Positions 1-13,790 of a stretch of 64,000 bases of DNA are shown here, piece after piece. The DNA lies in the NCBI GenBank assembly GCA_010909165.1, contig VJWM01000239.1, positions 197,901 through 261,900 of the forward strand. The letters are read 5' to 3'. A program made the position numbers and the translations under genes. The stretch is from Anthoceros angustus. Taxonomy: Eukaryota > Plantae > Anthocerotophyta. Position 1 is the first letter of the stretch. Each line of letters opens with the position of its first letter. The notes beneath the pieces are model-generated. The model ran no database searches, had not been told where the DNA came from, and saw nothing but the letters and a program-made list of their open reading frames with translations.

Positions 1-143
1 GTCTTCGGTGCCGTTGATGCTTGTTGTACCTTATCTGATCAACGGCGAGTCACGTATGACGTATTGGGCGTGTATCACCAATTGTGTGTTACGTTTTTCA
101 TGCAGTTGTCCAGTGTAGTATTGCTGGATAGCCCTGGTGATGA

Positions 144-317
<174 letters not shown>

Positions 318-1541
318 AGACTACAACATACATTGAGTCAGTTCAACATGACCTTTTCGGGAATGGTGTTTGGAGGCCAGAATTTCGGCAACTCTCTTGT
401 TGACGTGGGGATTTCGAAGGGCAGGGTGTGAAACTAGCAAACGGGCGGATGGTCTTCAACGGGGCATGTGTGGTGGTGCTGCCCATCGTTGTTCTGAAAC
501 CAGTAACCTAAATCTGGGGAGAATCTCCTGCAGTATAGAATAGCGATAATGTTATTACAGGCCCCACAAGTGTTTCTCTGCTCATGTATTATAATTCTTT
601 GGTTCTAGGATATCGATGGAGTGTAGGCAAGGTTCTCAATTTTTGCTATGTAGGGTACATTCTTCACTAAACCTGCTGTCGACACATCTCTGCTACCTAC
701 CCTGGAGGCACTCCGATAAAGCAATGATGCAGCATCCTTGGAAATGGCCCCGAGCGTGTATTCATTTGAAATAAGAATTTTGTTTCAAACGCGTTAAAGT
801 CTTCATTTTTCTGTTGTTCTGCTGGACCACCTCCGAGAGCTGTATTCGCCAGATCGGATCAATTGTCGCACAGCTCGACAGCTCGGCTCGACCCTGCTGG
901 TTTGCTGTTTACCAGTCTCGTCCTCCAAAACGAGTACGGATACAAGAGTCATCGTGTTGCTGACTACCCATTTCGGATGGACATCGCAGGACGAATGTTA
1001 GCGTCGGTTCGACGCTTGGATCATCTCCTTCAAACGTAGGATCCCGAAAGTTCGGACAGCTGGCCTGAGATGGCGGTGCCAACAGAGCCAAAGGTGTGTG
1101 GGGTCCGGTACCCGGTTACCTTACGGATTCCGTGGGGCTAACTTATATCCGTTTGACACACGTATCCGTAACACGTATTAAAATCGCCAAGAGCCGGGAC
1201 GCCGGGCCCTGCGACTGCGAGAGCGGCATTGCTTGGCGCGCCGTTACAGTGCCGTGACTCGAAATTTGAATTCGCACGCCAATTATTTTGCAAATAACGA
1301 ACGGTTATTGTTGGCTCCGGGACTACCCTGTTTGCCGTTACTGCCGGTTCGGCAGTCCGTCATTGCTGCTCGCTGCCATCCGGGTCCCTCTGCTTCCCCT
1401 CTCCTCCTCGCCTTCCTCGCCTCGCGCAATCTGTGCCTGCGCCCGCGACCGCGACCGCAGCCGTCGAAGGCTCCCGCCGCCCTTGCCGATCCGCCGCTCG
1501 CCGGCTTGCCGCAAGGCCGCGCATTCCATCCAGCCGCCAAA

Positions 1542-2321
<780 letters not shown>

Positions 2322-3081
2322 AGACTACAACATACATTGAGTCAGTTCAACATGACCTTTTCGGGAATGGTGTTTGAGGCCAGAATTTCGGCAACTCTCT
2401 TGTTGACGTGGGGATTTCGAAGGGCAGGGTGTGAAACTAGCAAACGGGCGGATGGTCTTCAACGGGGCATGTGTGGTGGTGCTGCCCATCGTTGTTCTGA
2501 AACCAGTAACCTAAATCTGGGGGAGAATCTCCTGCAGTATAGAATAGCGATAATGTTATTACAGGCCCCACAAGTGTTTCTCTGCTCATGTATTATAATT
2601 CTTTGGTTCTAGGATATCGATGGAGTGTAGGCAAGGTTCTCAATTTTTGCTATGTAGGGTACATTCTTCACTAAACCTGCTGTCGACACATCTCTGCTAC
2701 CTACCCTGGAGGCACTCCGATAAAGCAATGATGCAGCATCCTTGAAATGATGGAGCGTGTATTCATTTGAAATAAGAATTTTGTTTCAAACGCGTTAAAG
2801 TCTTCATTTTTCTGTTGTTCTGCTGGACCACCTCCGAGAGCTGTATTCGCCAGATCGGATCAATTGTCGCACAGCTCGACAGCTCGGCTCGACCCTGCTG
2901 GTTTGCTGTTTACCAGTCTCGTCCTCCAAAACGAGTACGGATACAAGAGTCATCGTGTTGCTGACTACCCATTTCGGATGGACATCGCAGGACGAATGTT
3001 AGCGTCGGTTCGACGCTTGGATCATCTCCTTCAAACGTAGGATCCCGAAAGTTCGGACAGCCTTTCCTAACAGTGGAGTTG

Positions 3082-4606
3082 TCACTGCTGCTTTTCACGT
3101 CTGATGCTTCCTCTGCAGCAGAGTACCATCGACACGCAAACAGCCAACAGGTATCCTCCTATAGCGCCATAGCTACAAGAGATTGGCCAAGCCTGCAACC
3201 ATTCAAAAAGACAGTTGGTCACATGATGCGACCAGGGGTACAGGCCCCTCTTGCTTATGCTGAAGATCACCTGCCAGGGCCGATCCCAATCCAAAGGCAT
3301 GGGCCATGCTCCCACCCACGCCCCAAGAATCGCTCCGTGTGCAGGAACACAAACTGAAAATTCTAGTCCTCCCTTTGGCCTAGATTCATGTCCAGCGTGC
3401 AGAATGTTGCTCACCCATCATAACAATTTGGATCGTGCATTTGACGAAAACTACAAAGCCACATACATGATTTACCTTGTTTCACCAAAAAGGCGGCACC
3501 AGCTGGATAGTGATGGGCCTAATACAGAAGCAGCTGGTACAATCTACAGAAACGTTGAAAAGCACCTCATGATTGGATGTTGAAACAAAAGCCAAACAGT
3601 AATTAGTTTTACCAGAAGACAGGACAAGCAAAACAAGTACCCCGCCAGAACAACGTACCAACATTAGGCCTGCTGATGGTAGCAGTCATTATTTCCCATG
3701 CATTCTCATTACTATTAAACAATCCTCTGATCAGAAGCACGCACCACAAGCACGGACATGAGTGCCGCCCAGTGCAACGTCTTCCAAACATACCTGTGCA
3801 GAAGGGGTTCTAGTCAGAAAAAACTGACCAGAAGTATGCGTCGGTAGCAATGCTTTAGTAACTCAAGGCTAAAAAGGACCTCAAACTCACTGCAAAGAAA
3901 GGGGCACTCCGAATACTGTCGCAAAGAGAAAAGCAATAGCGATCCCTGTCAAACAGGAGAGTATTGTTGTGAGATGAAGTAATTGTGCGTCTAGGTCAGA
4001 TTCAAAACTTCAACAACCTTGGGATGCTCACTAACCAGCTGGGAAGCCCAACAATCCTTGAAGTAAAGCCTTGCAAGTCTGTGAACGAAAACCATCCCGT
4101 TTAGCCGTGAGATTGTTAAAGGTGACACAGATTTACGGAACACATGGAGCAAGAGTAGATTCCTCACCGATAGACTTGATAGATGACGAGCACACAGGCC
4201 GTAGGCAAAAATGAAGAAAGGCAAGACGAGCGCCTGCAACAAAGGAAAGGTTTAGACAGCGCATTGTGACCTCCGCGTAGTCACAAATGATGTAAGTGTA
4301 CCCCTTGTCATAAATTACTGCAAAGATCTCATGGAGATGATCAGGAACAGAAGGTATCAAGGCAACGGTTACCATGATGTACTGGAGTGCCTTCAGAGGA
4401 TGGAGGACGAGAGATGGGGCACCCAAGACTCCTATCACAAGTATCGATGCACAGCATGCCTGCAGTAACAAAACTATGACGAGGGAGAGTCCGTCTTCAC
4501 TTTTCAAAGCTTTGCCCCCACTACAGTTTCCTTCTTCCTCCTCCTTCAGTGCGTCCCCTTCCTGTATCTCCTTCTCTACCAGGGCTTTTAACAGAGGGCT
4601 ACACAT
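3082..4606 (-). CDS. PIGF: GPI-anchor biosynthesis protein PIG-F (multi-exon; start uncertain)
   Basis: Spliced exons give ALLQGLLGFPAGIAIAFLFATVFGVPLSLQYVWKTLHWAALMS, PAHGAILGAWVGAWPMPLDWDRPWQ and AWPISCSYGAIGGY. The GAWPMPLDWDRPWQ motif is diagnostic of PIG-F. Confidence 0.88.
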
Positions 4607-5161
4607 CCTGCACTGCAGACGGTGACAAAAAAACATCAACCGTACAAACCCATCAATACGGACGCGGCCACGACAAGATCGCACCACATATCTTCAATTT
4701 ATTACGTTTGTTGGACCCAAATGGAGCTCAAGCAGCCATAAAAGACTACCCGGCAACGATGAGCCCAAGCATGAAGCAGCCTTTCCACAGACTGACTAAA
4801 ACAGCCATACTGAGTAGGGCTACCTCACAATCTCTCTACCAAGGTTGTAACGGTCCTGGTCAATGTATTGACATGGACCTGACTTGAACCTTGGCATCAG
4901 CGCACAACGCCTTGCCCCTCTTCATAACAACAAAGCCCAAAACCCCTCGTCTGAGGTCTCCGACGAATATAGCAGTTGACAAAGCAATACCTGCTCCACT
5001 TCTCCCGCGGGTAAGACTTGTCATACAAAACAGGCTGAGGCGCCAGGAAGATGGAAAGAGGGCATCTCCCGCTAGCCAAGAGAACCCACAAGCTCACGCA
5101 GAAAGCGCACGCGGAGTTGTCATGAACACAATGAAGAAACTTCTACTCTCGACTCCAGCTT

Positions 5162-5169
5162 AAACCCTA
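5162..5169 (+). promoter_or_regulatory. Telo-box (AAACCCTA) in the divergent PIG-F / CCDC137-like promoter
   Basis: Exact AAACCCTA about 130 bp upstream of the ATG at 5298. Confidence 0.45.
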
Positions 5170-5297
5170 GCCCCTTAAGCCCTACTAATAGTACGGGCTA
5201 AAGACGGATTGCTGCAGGTCATCGACCATGTCTCACAGTCCAAGCCAATTGTCGGAGTAAGCCCATCCTTCGGAGCAGAGAAGAAGGGGCGAGGACA

Positions 5298-6467
5298 ATG
5301 GGAAGAGGAAAATCAGGGAGCAAGAAAGAAATCACCTTGAATGATGGACATGGAACGACATCCCGACTACCACCAGCTCCGTCAAGCAAGGACCTGTCCG
5401 CGGTTCCCAACAAGCTCAAGCGCATCATGCAGCTGACGCAGGCTATGTCAGAAGCGGGTAAGGCTCTTTTTTATGGCTTTCTTCATGGTGTTCTGATTCC
5501 TTGACTGTTTGACATCGAGAAAGCTCTGTTCTCAACAGCTCATGTGAATTTCTTGTGTCGCAGGTTCAGATGTTTCTAAAAGAAGGGATAGCCGGAAATC
5601 AGGGAATCGAATTGCTCCCGCCGTGAATGCGAAGAGTGGAAAGGTAGAGTTGCTATTGCTTAACCAACTCACTATTTCTGCTGGCTACACTAGTCACATC
5701 CCTCGCAATAGCATGGAGCTGGACTGGCAGAGCTGATCAACTTCCTGTTGGTGCAGCTTATGAGAGGTCGCAGGAAAGGTGTGTCGGAGACAAGCTCCAC
5801 AAAACTCGAGGCTGGAGAGAACTCAGAACCAAAGCTTGAGGATGGGCTTAGGCAGTCAGGTAAAGGTCAGGTTGACATTACCGAAGGACCTGGTAAAAAG
5901 AAACGCAAAAGAAAACATGAGGAGGATCTGCTTGCTCTAGCTGAGAAGTTCAAGGCCGTTCCTCCACGCCGGGGCCTTCAACCAAAGCGCAAACAGTACG
6001 TTACAGCTTCTCCGTCCTCCAACTTTTTGTTTGTGGGTTTCGCGTTTTTGTTTGAGACAGCTGGATCTTACTCGATGCGACGAACACGCAGATACTTGTC
6101 TCAGAAGAAGAAAAAGAGAAGGACGGGAGAGGAAACGGATGACGCTTTGCCTCTGAATGAGTATGAGAAGATTGAGTTTGGAGAGGTTGTCCAGGCACCT
6201 CCCAAGCTCTCGTTCCCGACGAAGGCAAAGGTGAGCTTAAGGACTAACGTTTTCTTTTCATTGCTCGAAGGACAGGATCTGACTTGCCACTCTCAACAAG
6301 CTTCTGTCTAACCAGCTCACTTTGCCTTGCAGCTAAAGGTGGACGCAGTCTCGCAAGAGAGAAAGAGGTTAGCAGCGATAGAAGCTTATAGGGCAAAGAG
6401 GAAGTGGGATTTCAGGACTTCCGCAGTTCCGTATCAAATTGAAACACGGCCAATTGATCAAATCTAG
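5298..6467 (+). CDS. Lysine-rich nuclear coiled-coil protein, CCDC137-like (multi-exon)
   Basis: VPNKLKRIM, KKKRKRK and YLSQKKKKRR, EKIEFGEVVQAPPKL and QERKRLAAIEAYR; last exon 6333-6467. Confidence 0.7.
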
Positions 6468-6574
6468 AACAAATGATTATCAATGCAGAGGCTTTGTCCA
6501 AATATGTCTCGTCTCCATCTGCGGGCCCCCCGATGGACTATTGCCTCGGAGCTAAAAAATGTTTAGCGCATCCT

Positions 6575-7782
6575 CTACCTGATCGGCACTGGTCGCGCCT
6601 TCACAGGAAATTCAATCTCAATCAATCCTGTGATCCCTGCCTTCACTTTTTGGCCAGCCTTGACTGGCCCGACACCTGAGGGAGTACCTGAAGACAGTCA
6701 CATGGGGCATGATTAGAAGAACACCCATGCTGCAGCATTTCGGAGTTCGCAGGGAAGGATGAAGCCCACAAACCAGAGATGCAGTACCTGTAAGGATAAG
6801 ATCCCCCTCGTTCAGTGTCATAATGGAGCTGATGAACTCTATAAGAAAGGGAACTTTGAACATCATGTCATGTGTGTTGCCTTTCTGCTTTGTGACTCCA
6901 TCAACCTGTTTAGCCAGCCCACCACAAAAGCTGAGAGAAGAACCCATTGTGGCAGAAGCACAAGCTTCTTCTGGAGAAAGCCTGTGGAACTCACTTGCAA
7001 CCACAGCTCAAGATCATCGTCTGATGGTACATTCTTCTTCAAAATCTGCCAAAACGCAGCGGGAGTACGTTAGGTGAGTTCCCACCTACGAGCTTATCAC
7101 ATTTTTATGACGAGGCGGGATTTTAGAGACGCACAAAGTCGCTTATGGGAGTGAAAGTGTCGTATCCCTTGGCCACCGTCCAGGGCATCCCTTTAGCCTA
7201 CAGTACCAACAACGATGAGATGCCAACTCCGTTCCACCGACGGGAATTCCAAGCTCCATCTGATACAACAGTACCTTAGCAGCAGCCTGAATTTCCCTTG
7301 CTGTCATGTCCAGAGCAAGCAGGTAGCCTGTCACATAACACCTTGGACCTCAGCTCCTCACAAACTTGAATCCCATTCCCATCCTTCCTCAGCCCTTACC
7401 TGCCACATGCTCCATTGCATTCTCTCTTGCAATGTCGCGGCCCTCCTTGCCAATCACAACCCCCAGCTCCACCTCGTGATCCAGTGACTGCAGAGGGCGG
7501 GGGATCTCAATTGCTCCACCAACACGCACATACGAAGACGTGGGCTTCAGGAAGATGATGGGTTCCTGTCCAACGATCCAACCCCGGGAACCCACTTCAG
7601 CTTCAGCTTCAGATCGGTCTGATCATCAGCAGCTTGCACAAAGACGCAGGCTCTGGCCACAGGGAACATACCTTTGGCACAGCATTGCCCAGCTCCTTTG
7701 CATGTGCAGCGTAATTCCTTCCCACAGCAACAATTTTCGTTCCAACGTTCACCAGCTTGTTCCCAAGAGCCTGCGTTGCCAT
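6575..7782 (-). CDS. FAHD1: Fumarylacetoacetate hydrolase-domain protein (acylpyruvase FAHD1)
   Basis: KIVAVGRNYAAHAKELGN, EPIIFLKPTSSY, LDHEVELGVVIGK, GYLLALDMTARE, TLNEGDLILTG and GVGPVKAGQKVKAGI across GT-AG exons. Confidence 0.92.
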
Positions 7783-8385
7783 GGTCGAGCGCTCTCAACA
7801 AGCCGGGCCTGGACTGGATCGCAGAACCAACCCTAACCGCGGGTTTGACGCATGGATGGACCACATGTACATCGGGTCATTCCAGGACGAGTCTGAAATG
7901 CATGGAACGCATGCTCCAGTTCTCCCACTGTCTTCCTTCTTCCTTGCAGACCCTTGCACTTGAAGCCCCTATCACATTCGAGCAAATTCCACCTAACTGA
8001 GATGAATTGGGACGAAAACGATGCTGGGCTTTGCTGCCCGGTCACAGAATTCGAGTTACTGACCAGCATCGCATTCGCCGGCATCTTCCTTGCCGCTCTC
8101 TCTCTTCCCCCCATGTAGTGGAAGATCCAAGCTGGCAAGGACTGCGCCAGTAGAAATGCTTGGGTGCACGCATCTCTGCTTCTTACCTTCGATTATCTTT
8201 TAACGTTCTGGGATACCAGCTGCCTCCGCTTCGCAGGTTGCTGTGCTAGCTGCGAGGTGAGCTCGATTGATGTAGGCATGACGTGTCGTGAATTGCATTG
8301 TAAGGCGATTGTGGTTTGGCACTCAGCACCAGTATCCTTCTCCCTCCCACTGCAGAACGTAGAGCGGAACGGCTGGGAGGAAGGA

Positions 8386-9894
8386 ATGTCGGGAGGTGGG
8401 GGATTGAAGCCCGAAGATTTCATCAAGGGCGCTCTAAATGCGGTGGAATGGGCTGTCAAGGTAAGTTCTCCTCTCGTATCTCTGTTCCAATGTGCAGCCT
8501 AGCATCGTCATTGTAGGATTCAATTCTCTGGGACTGCTGCTCGATCCTTGTCAGTTGAACTGGTCGGCATGTTGTTGATCATTCCCAATGTGAATTTGCC
8601 AGAGTCACAAGATGATCTCTAGTACACACTGTCCCCATTGAAGTCTTCATCTTGATTCCCACAGCAGCTCCAGGATGGGCTCTAATACAGTCGTACCATT
8701 CTGCTGGCAGGGTGTGCAAAGTTCTTTTGCAGCAGCCATCACCAGGTTGAATGATAAAAAACAGGGAGTAGGCAATGAAGGAGGACATGTCGAGGCAGTG
8801 AGGGCAGGCGCGGATGGTTCCCCCAAACCAGTGAAAGCTACCCTCGACGACGAGCTTGCTGCTTGGCGAAAGAATAGCTCCTGGACCGATCTTCCACCAG
8901 ACTTGGAGGTTTCTACCATCTCTGCTTGGATGAGTACTGCAAGACAAAGCTCCAGCTGGTGTCGTCTTCTTGCATTCTGAATGAGTGTAGTTCCGAGTGA
9001 AGGTTACTGTGCCCAAGGGCTCCCTGTGTCAACTACGCTCGGAATTCAGTGCTGGCATGCCACCTGATGCCGTCTTCAACATCCTGATTGATCCGGAGAA
9101 CAAACGTGTCTTCAAGGACGTGCAGGTGCAAGTGCCGTTGGTTCACTATTTACCTTTCGCAGCTGTAGCTTGGAAAGAGGGAGAGGTGACAAACGATCTG
9201 ATTGCCTCTGACAGGGAGTTACTTTCAGGGAGGTTGTGGAGGAGGATGGTGAAAGGCAGCTTGTTGAGATCGAGCAGTCTGCAATCTGGAGGTTTCTCTG
9301 GTTCTCTGGAACTCTGAATGTGCGACTATTCGTAGACCAGGATAGAGGATCACACACTGTAAGCACCCCTTCCATGCCCTGGCTGCACGATTGCACAGCA
9401 ATGCCTCACTGACATGGATCCACCACGCGCAGGTGAAGTTCTGGCTTGCAAAGCAAGGTTTCATGACAAAGTTCGAGGGCTCGTGGGAGATTGAGCCTAT
9501 CTACGTGGACGCTTACGAGTCGACCTCGACACCAGAAACGAAATCAGGAAGAGTTGCATCACGGATCAAACTGCAGCAGGAACTGCAACCTACACTCCTT
9601 CCCCCGCCACCCATTTCGTGGTATGTCCGGGAAATAACAAGGAAGTCCTTACAGAACCTTCTTGAAGACCTCCAAGCAGAAGGAAAGAGACTGCGAGAAG
9701 GTCCCCGGCTGGAGGAGGCAGCAGATGCACAATTGCTGCACCAGGTGAACCGGGAGCTGGAGGATTCTCCCGTTTTTCACAGGCAGTTGAAGCCGAGCTT
9801 GGGCAAAAACCCTGGAGCAAGCCGCAGGAAGGCAAGGAGGAGCCGGCTGAGAGACAAGGAATCCTCGTCTCCCAGAAAGAATGACCTAGAATGA
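8386..9894 (+). CDS. DUF220 / START-like (SRPBCC) domain protein, 5 exons
   Basis: [68 protein letters not shown] and [13 protein letters not shown]. Confidence 0.8.
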
Positions 9895-10149
9895 CGCACC
9901 CAAAAACTCCTCCATTCCCATCTTCGCAGCACTTTGCAGTGTATTATGTGTATAGTGAATTTTTAGACTACCTTACCGCCAGCAACGATAACAGATTTGC
10001 CGGCAATTGTGCGAGCTTCGCAACGCTACTGGCTGTCCAATTCCATTGCCAGGATTGCGTCTGGCTCGACAAGTGGAGAGCTTTCGCGGTGGACAGCTGT
10101 TGGGTCGAATGGAAGCGAAGGGTTTTGACTATCTGGTCACGTTGTGGTG

Positions 10150-13100
10150 AAGCTCCAGCTGGTGTCGTCTTCTTGCATTCTGAATGAGTGTAGTTCCGAG
10201 TGAAGGTTACTGTGCCCAAGGGCTCCTGTGTCAACTACGCTCGGAATTCAGTGCTGGCATGCCACCTGATGCCGTCTTCAACATCCTGATTGATCCGGAG
10301 AACAAACGTGTCTTCAAGGACGTGCAGGTGCAAGTGCCGTTGGTTCACTATTTACCTTTCGCAGCTGTAGCTTGGAAAGAGGAGAGGTGACAAACGATCT
10401 GATTGCCTCTGACAGGGAGTTACTTTCAGGGAGGTTGTGGAGGAGGATGGTGAAAGGCAGCTTGTTGAGATCGAGCAGTCTGCAATCTGGAGGTTTCTCT
10501 GGTTCTCTGGAACTCTGAATGTGCGACTATTCGTAGACCAGGATAGAGGATCACACACTGTAAGCACCCTTCCATGCCCTGGCTGCACGATTGCACAGCA
10601 TTGCCCAGCTCCTTTGCATGTGCAGCCTAGCATCGTCATTGTAGGATTCAATTCTCTGGGACTGCTGCTCGATCCTTGTCAGTTGAACTGGTCGGCATGT
10701 TGTTGATCATTCCCAATGTGAATTTGCCAGAGTCACAAGATGATCTCTAGTACACACTGTAAGCACCCTTCCATGCCCTGGCTGCACGATTGCACAGCAA
10801 TGCCTCACTGACATGGATCCACCACGCGCAGGTGAACCGGGAGCTGGAGGAGGCAGCAGATGCACAATTGCTGCACCAGGTGAACCGGGAGCTGGAGGAG
10901 GATGGTGAAAGGCAGCTTGTTCCCCAAGAGCCTGCGTTGCCATGGTCGAGCGCTCTCAACAAGCCGGGCCTGGACTGGATCGCAGAACCAACCCTAACCG
11001 CGGGTTTGACGCATGGATGGACCACATGTACATCGGGTCATTCCAGGACGAGTCTGAAATGCATGGAACGCATGCTCCAGTTCTCCACTGTCTTCCTTCT
11101 TCCTTGCAGACCCTTGCACTTGAAGCCCGAAGATTTCATCAAGGGCGCTCTAAATGCGGTGGAATGGGCTGTCAAGGTAAGTTCTCCTCTCGTATCTCTG
11201 TTCCAATGTGCAGCGTAATTCCTTCCCACAGCAGCTCCAGGATGGGCCTGCTGCACTTACTCCAGTTCTCCCACTGTCTTCCTTCTTCCTTGCAGACCCT
11301 TGCACTTGAAGCCCCTATCACATTCGAGCAAATTCCACCTAACTGAGATGAATTGGGACGAAAACGATGCTGGGCTTTGCTGCCCGTCACAGAATTCGAG
11401 TTACTGACCAGCATCGCATTCGCCGGCATCTTCCTTGCCGCTCTCTCTTCCCCATGTAGTGGAAGATCCAAGCTGGCAAGGACTGCGCCAGTAGAAATGC
11501 TTGGGTGCACGCATCTCTGCTTGGATGAGTACTGCAAGACAAAGCTCCAGCTGGTGTCGTCTTCTTGCATTCTGAATGAGTGTAGTTCCGAGTGAAGGTT
11601 ACTGTGCCCAAGGGCTCCCTGTGTCAACTACGCTCGGAATTCAGTGCTGGCATGCCACCTGATGCCGTCTTCAACATCCTGATTGATCCGGAGAACAAAC
11701 GTGTCTTCAAGGACGTGCAGGTGAACCGGGAGCTGGAGGAGGATGGTGAAAGGCAGCTTGTTGAGATCGAGCAGTCTGCAATCTGGAGGTTTCTACCATC
11801 TCTGCTTCTTACCTTCGATTATCTTTTAACGTTCTGGGATACCAGCTGCCTCCGCTTCGCAGGTTGCTGTGCTAGCTGCGAGGTGAGCTCGATTGATGTA
11901 GGCATGACGTGTCGTGAATTGCATTGTAAGGCGATTGTGGTTTGGCACTCAGCACCAGTATCCTTCTCCCTCCCACTGTCTTCCTTCTTCCTTGCCGCTC
12001 TCTCTTCCCCATGTAGTGGAAGATCCAAGCTGGCAAGGACTGCGCCAGTAGAAATGCTTGGGTGCACGCATCTCTGCTTCTTACCTTCGATTATCTTTTA
12101 ACGTTCTGGGATACCAGCTGCCTCCGCTTCGCAGGTTGCTGTGCTAGCTGCGAGGTGAGCTCGATTGATGTAGGCATGACGTGTCGTGAATTGCATTGTA
12201 AGGCGATTGTGGTTTGGCACTCAGCACCAGTATCCTTCTCCCTCCCACTGCAGAACGTAGAGCGGAACGGCTGGGAGGAAGGAATGTCGGGAGGTGGGGG
12301 ATTGAAGCCCGAAGATTTCATCAAGGGCGCTCTAAATGCGGTGGAATGGGCTGTCAAGGTAAGTTCTCCTCTCGTATCTCTGTTCCAATGTGCAGCCTAG
12401 CATCGTCATTGTAGGATTCAATTCTCTGGGACTGCTGCTCGATCCTTGTCAGTTGAACTGGTCGGCATGTTGTTGATCATTCCCAATGTGAATTTGCCAG
12501 AGTCACAAGATGATCTCTAGTACACACTGTCCCCATTGAAGTCTTCATCTTGATTCCACAGCAGCTCCAGGATGGGCTCTAATACAGTCGTACCATTCTG
12601 CTGGCAGGGTGTGCAAAGTTCTTTGCAGCAGCCATCACCAGGTTGAATGATAAAAACAGGAGTAGGCAATGAAGGAGGACATGTCGAGGCAGTGAGGGCA
12701 GGCGCGGATGGTTCCCCAAACCAGTGAAAGCTACCCTCGACGACGAGCTTGCTGCTTGGCGAAAGAATAGCTCCTGGACCGATCTTCCACCAGACTTGGA
12801 GGTTTCTACCATCTCTGCTTGGATGAGTACTGCAAGACAAAGCTCCAGCTGGTGTCGTCTTCTTGCATTCTGAATGAGTGTAGTTCCGAGTGAAGGTTAC
12901 TGTGCCCAAGGGCTCCCTGTGTCAACTACGCTCGGAATTCAGTGCTGGCATGCCACCTGATGCCGTCTTCAACATCCTGATTGATCCGGAGAACAAACGT
13001 GTCTTCAAGGACGTGCAGGTGCAAGTGCCGTTGGTTCACTATTTACCTTTCGCAGCTGTAGCTTGGAAAGAGGAGAGGTGACAAACGATCTGATTGCCTC

Positions 13101-13752
13101 TGACAGGGAGTTACTTTCAGGGAGGTTGTGGAGGAGGATGGTGAAAGGCAGCTTGTTGAGATCGAGCAGTCTGCAATCTGGAGGTTTCTACCATCTCTGC
13201 TTGGATGAGTACTGCAAGACAAAGCTCCAGCTGGTGTCGTCTTCTTGCATTCTGAATGAGTGTAGTTCCGAGTGAAGGAAAGAGACTGCGAGAAGGTCCC
13301 CGGCTGGAGGAGGCAGCAGATGCACAATTGCTGCACCAGGTGAACCGGGAGCTGGAGGATTCTCCCGTTTTTCACAGGCAGTTGAAGCCGAGCTTGGGCA
13401 AAACCCTGGAGCAAGCCGCAGGAAGGCAAGGAGGAGCCGGCTGAGAGACAAGGAATCCTCGTCTCCCAGAAAGAATGACCTAGAATGACGCACCCAAAAA
13501 CTCCTCCATTCCCATCTTCGCAGCACTTTGCAGTGTATTATGTGTATAGTGAATTTTTAGACTACCTTACCGCCAGCAACGATAACAGATTTGCCGGCAA
13601 TTGTGCGAGCTTCGCAACGCTACTGGCTGTCCAATTCCATTGCCAGGATTGCGTCTGGCTCGACAAGTGGAGAGCTTTCGCGGTGGACAGCTGTTGGGTC
13701 GAATGGAAGCGAAGGGTTTTGACTATCTGGTCACGTTGTGGTGAAGCTCCAG
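10150..13752 (+). repeat. Scrambled mosaic of re-used segments from 7.68-10.16 kb (plus pieces from ~14.4 and ~14.9 kb); includes a broken DUF220 copy from 12284
   Basis: More than 15 same-strand segments, each traceable to nearby sequence and joined at 7-11 bp microhomologies. Confidence 0.9.
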
Positions 13753-13790
13753 TCACAGGTGCATGCGTCTGTGCAAATCAAGGTGCGACT

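Noticed and set aside
12284-13484. Second DUF220 gene copy as a real paralogue
   Set aside because: It lies inside the scrambled mosaic, has homopolymer frameshifts and lacks parts of exons 4-5.
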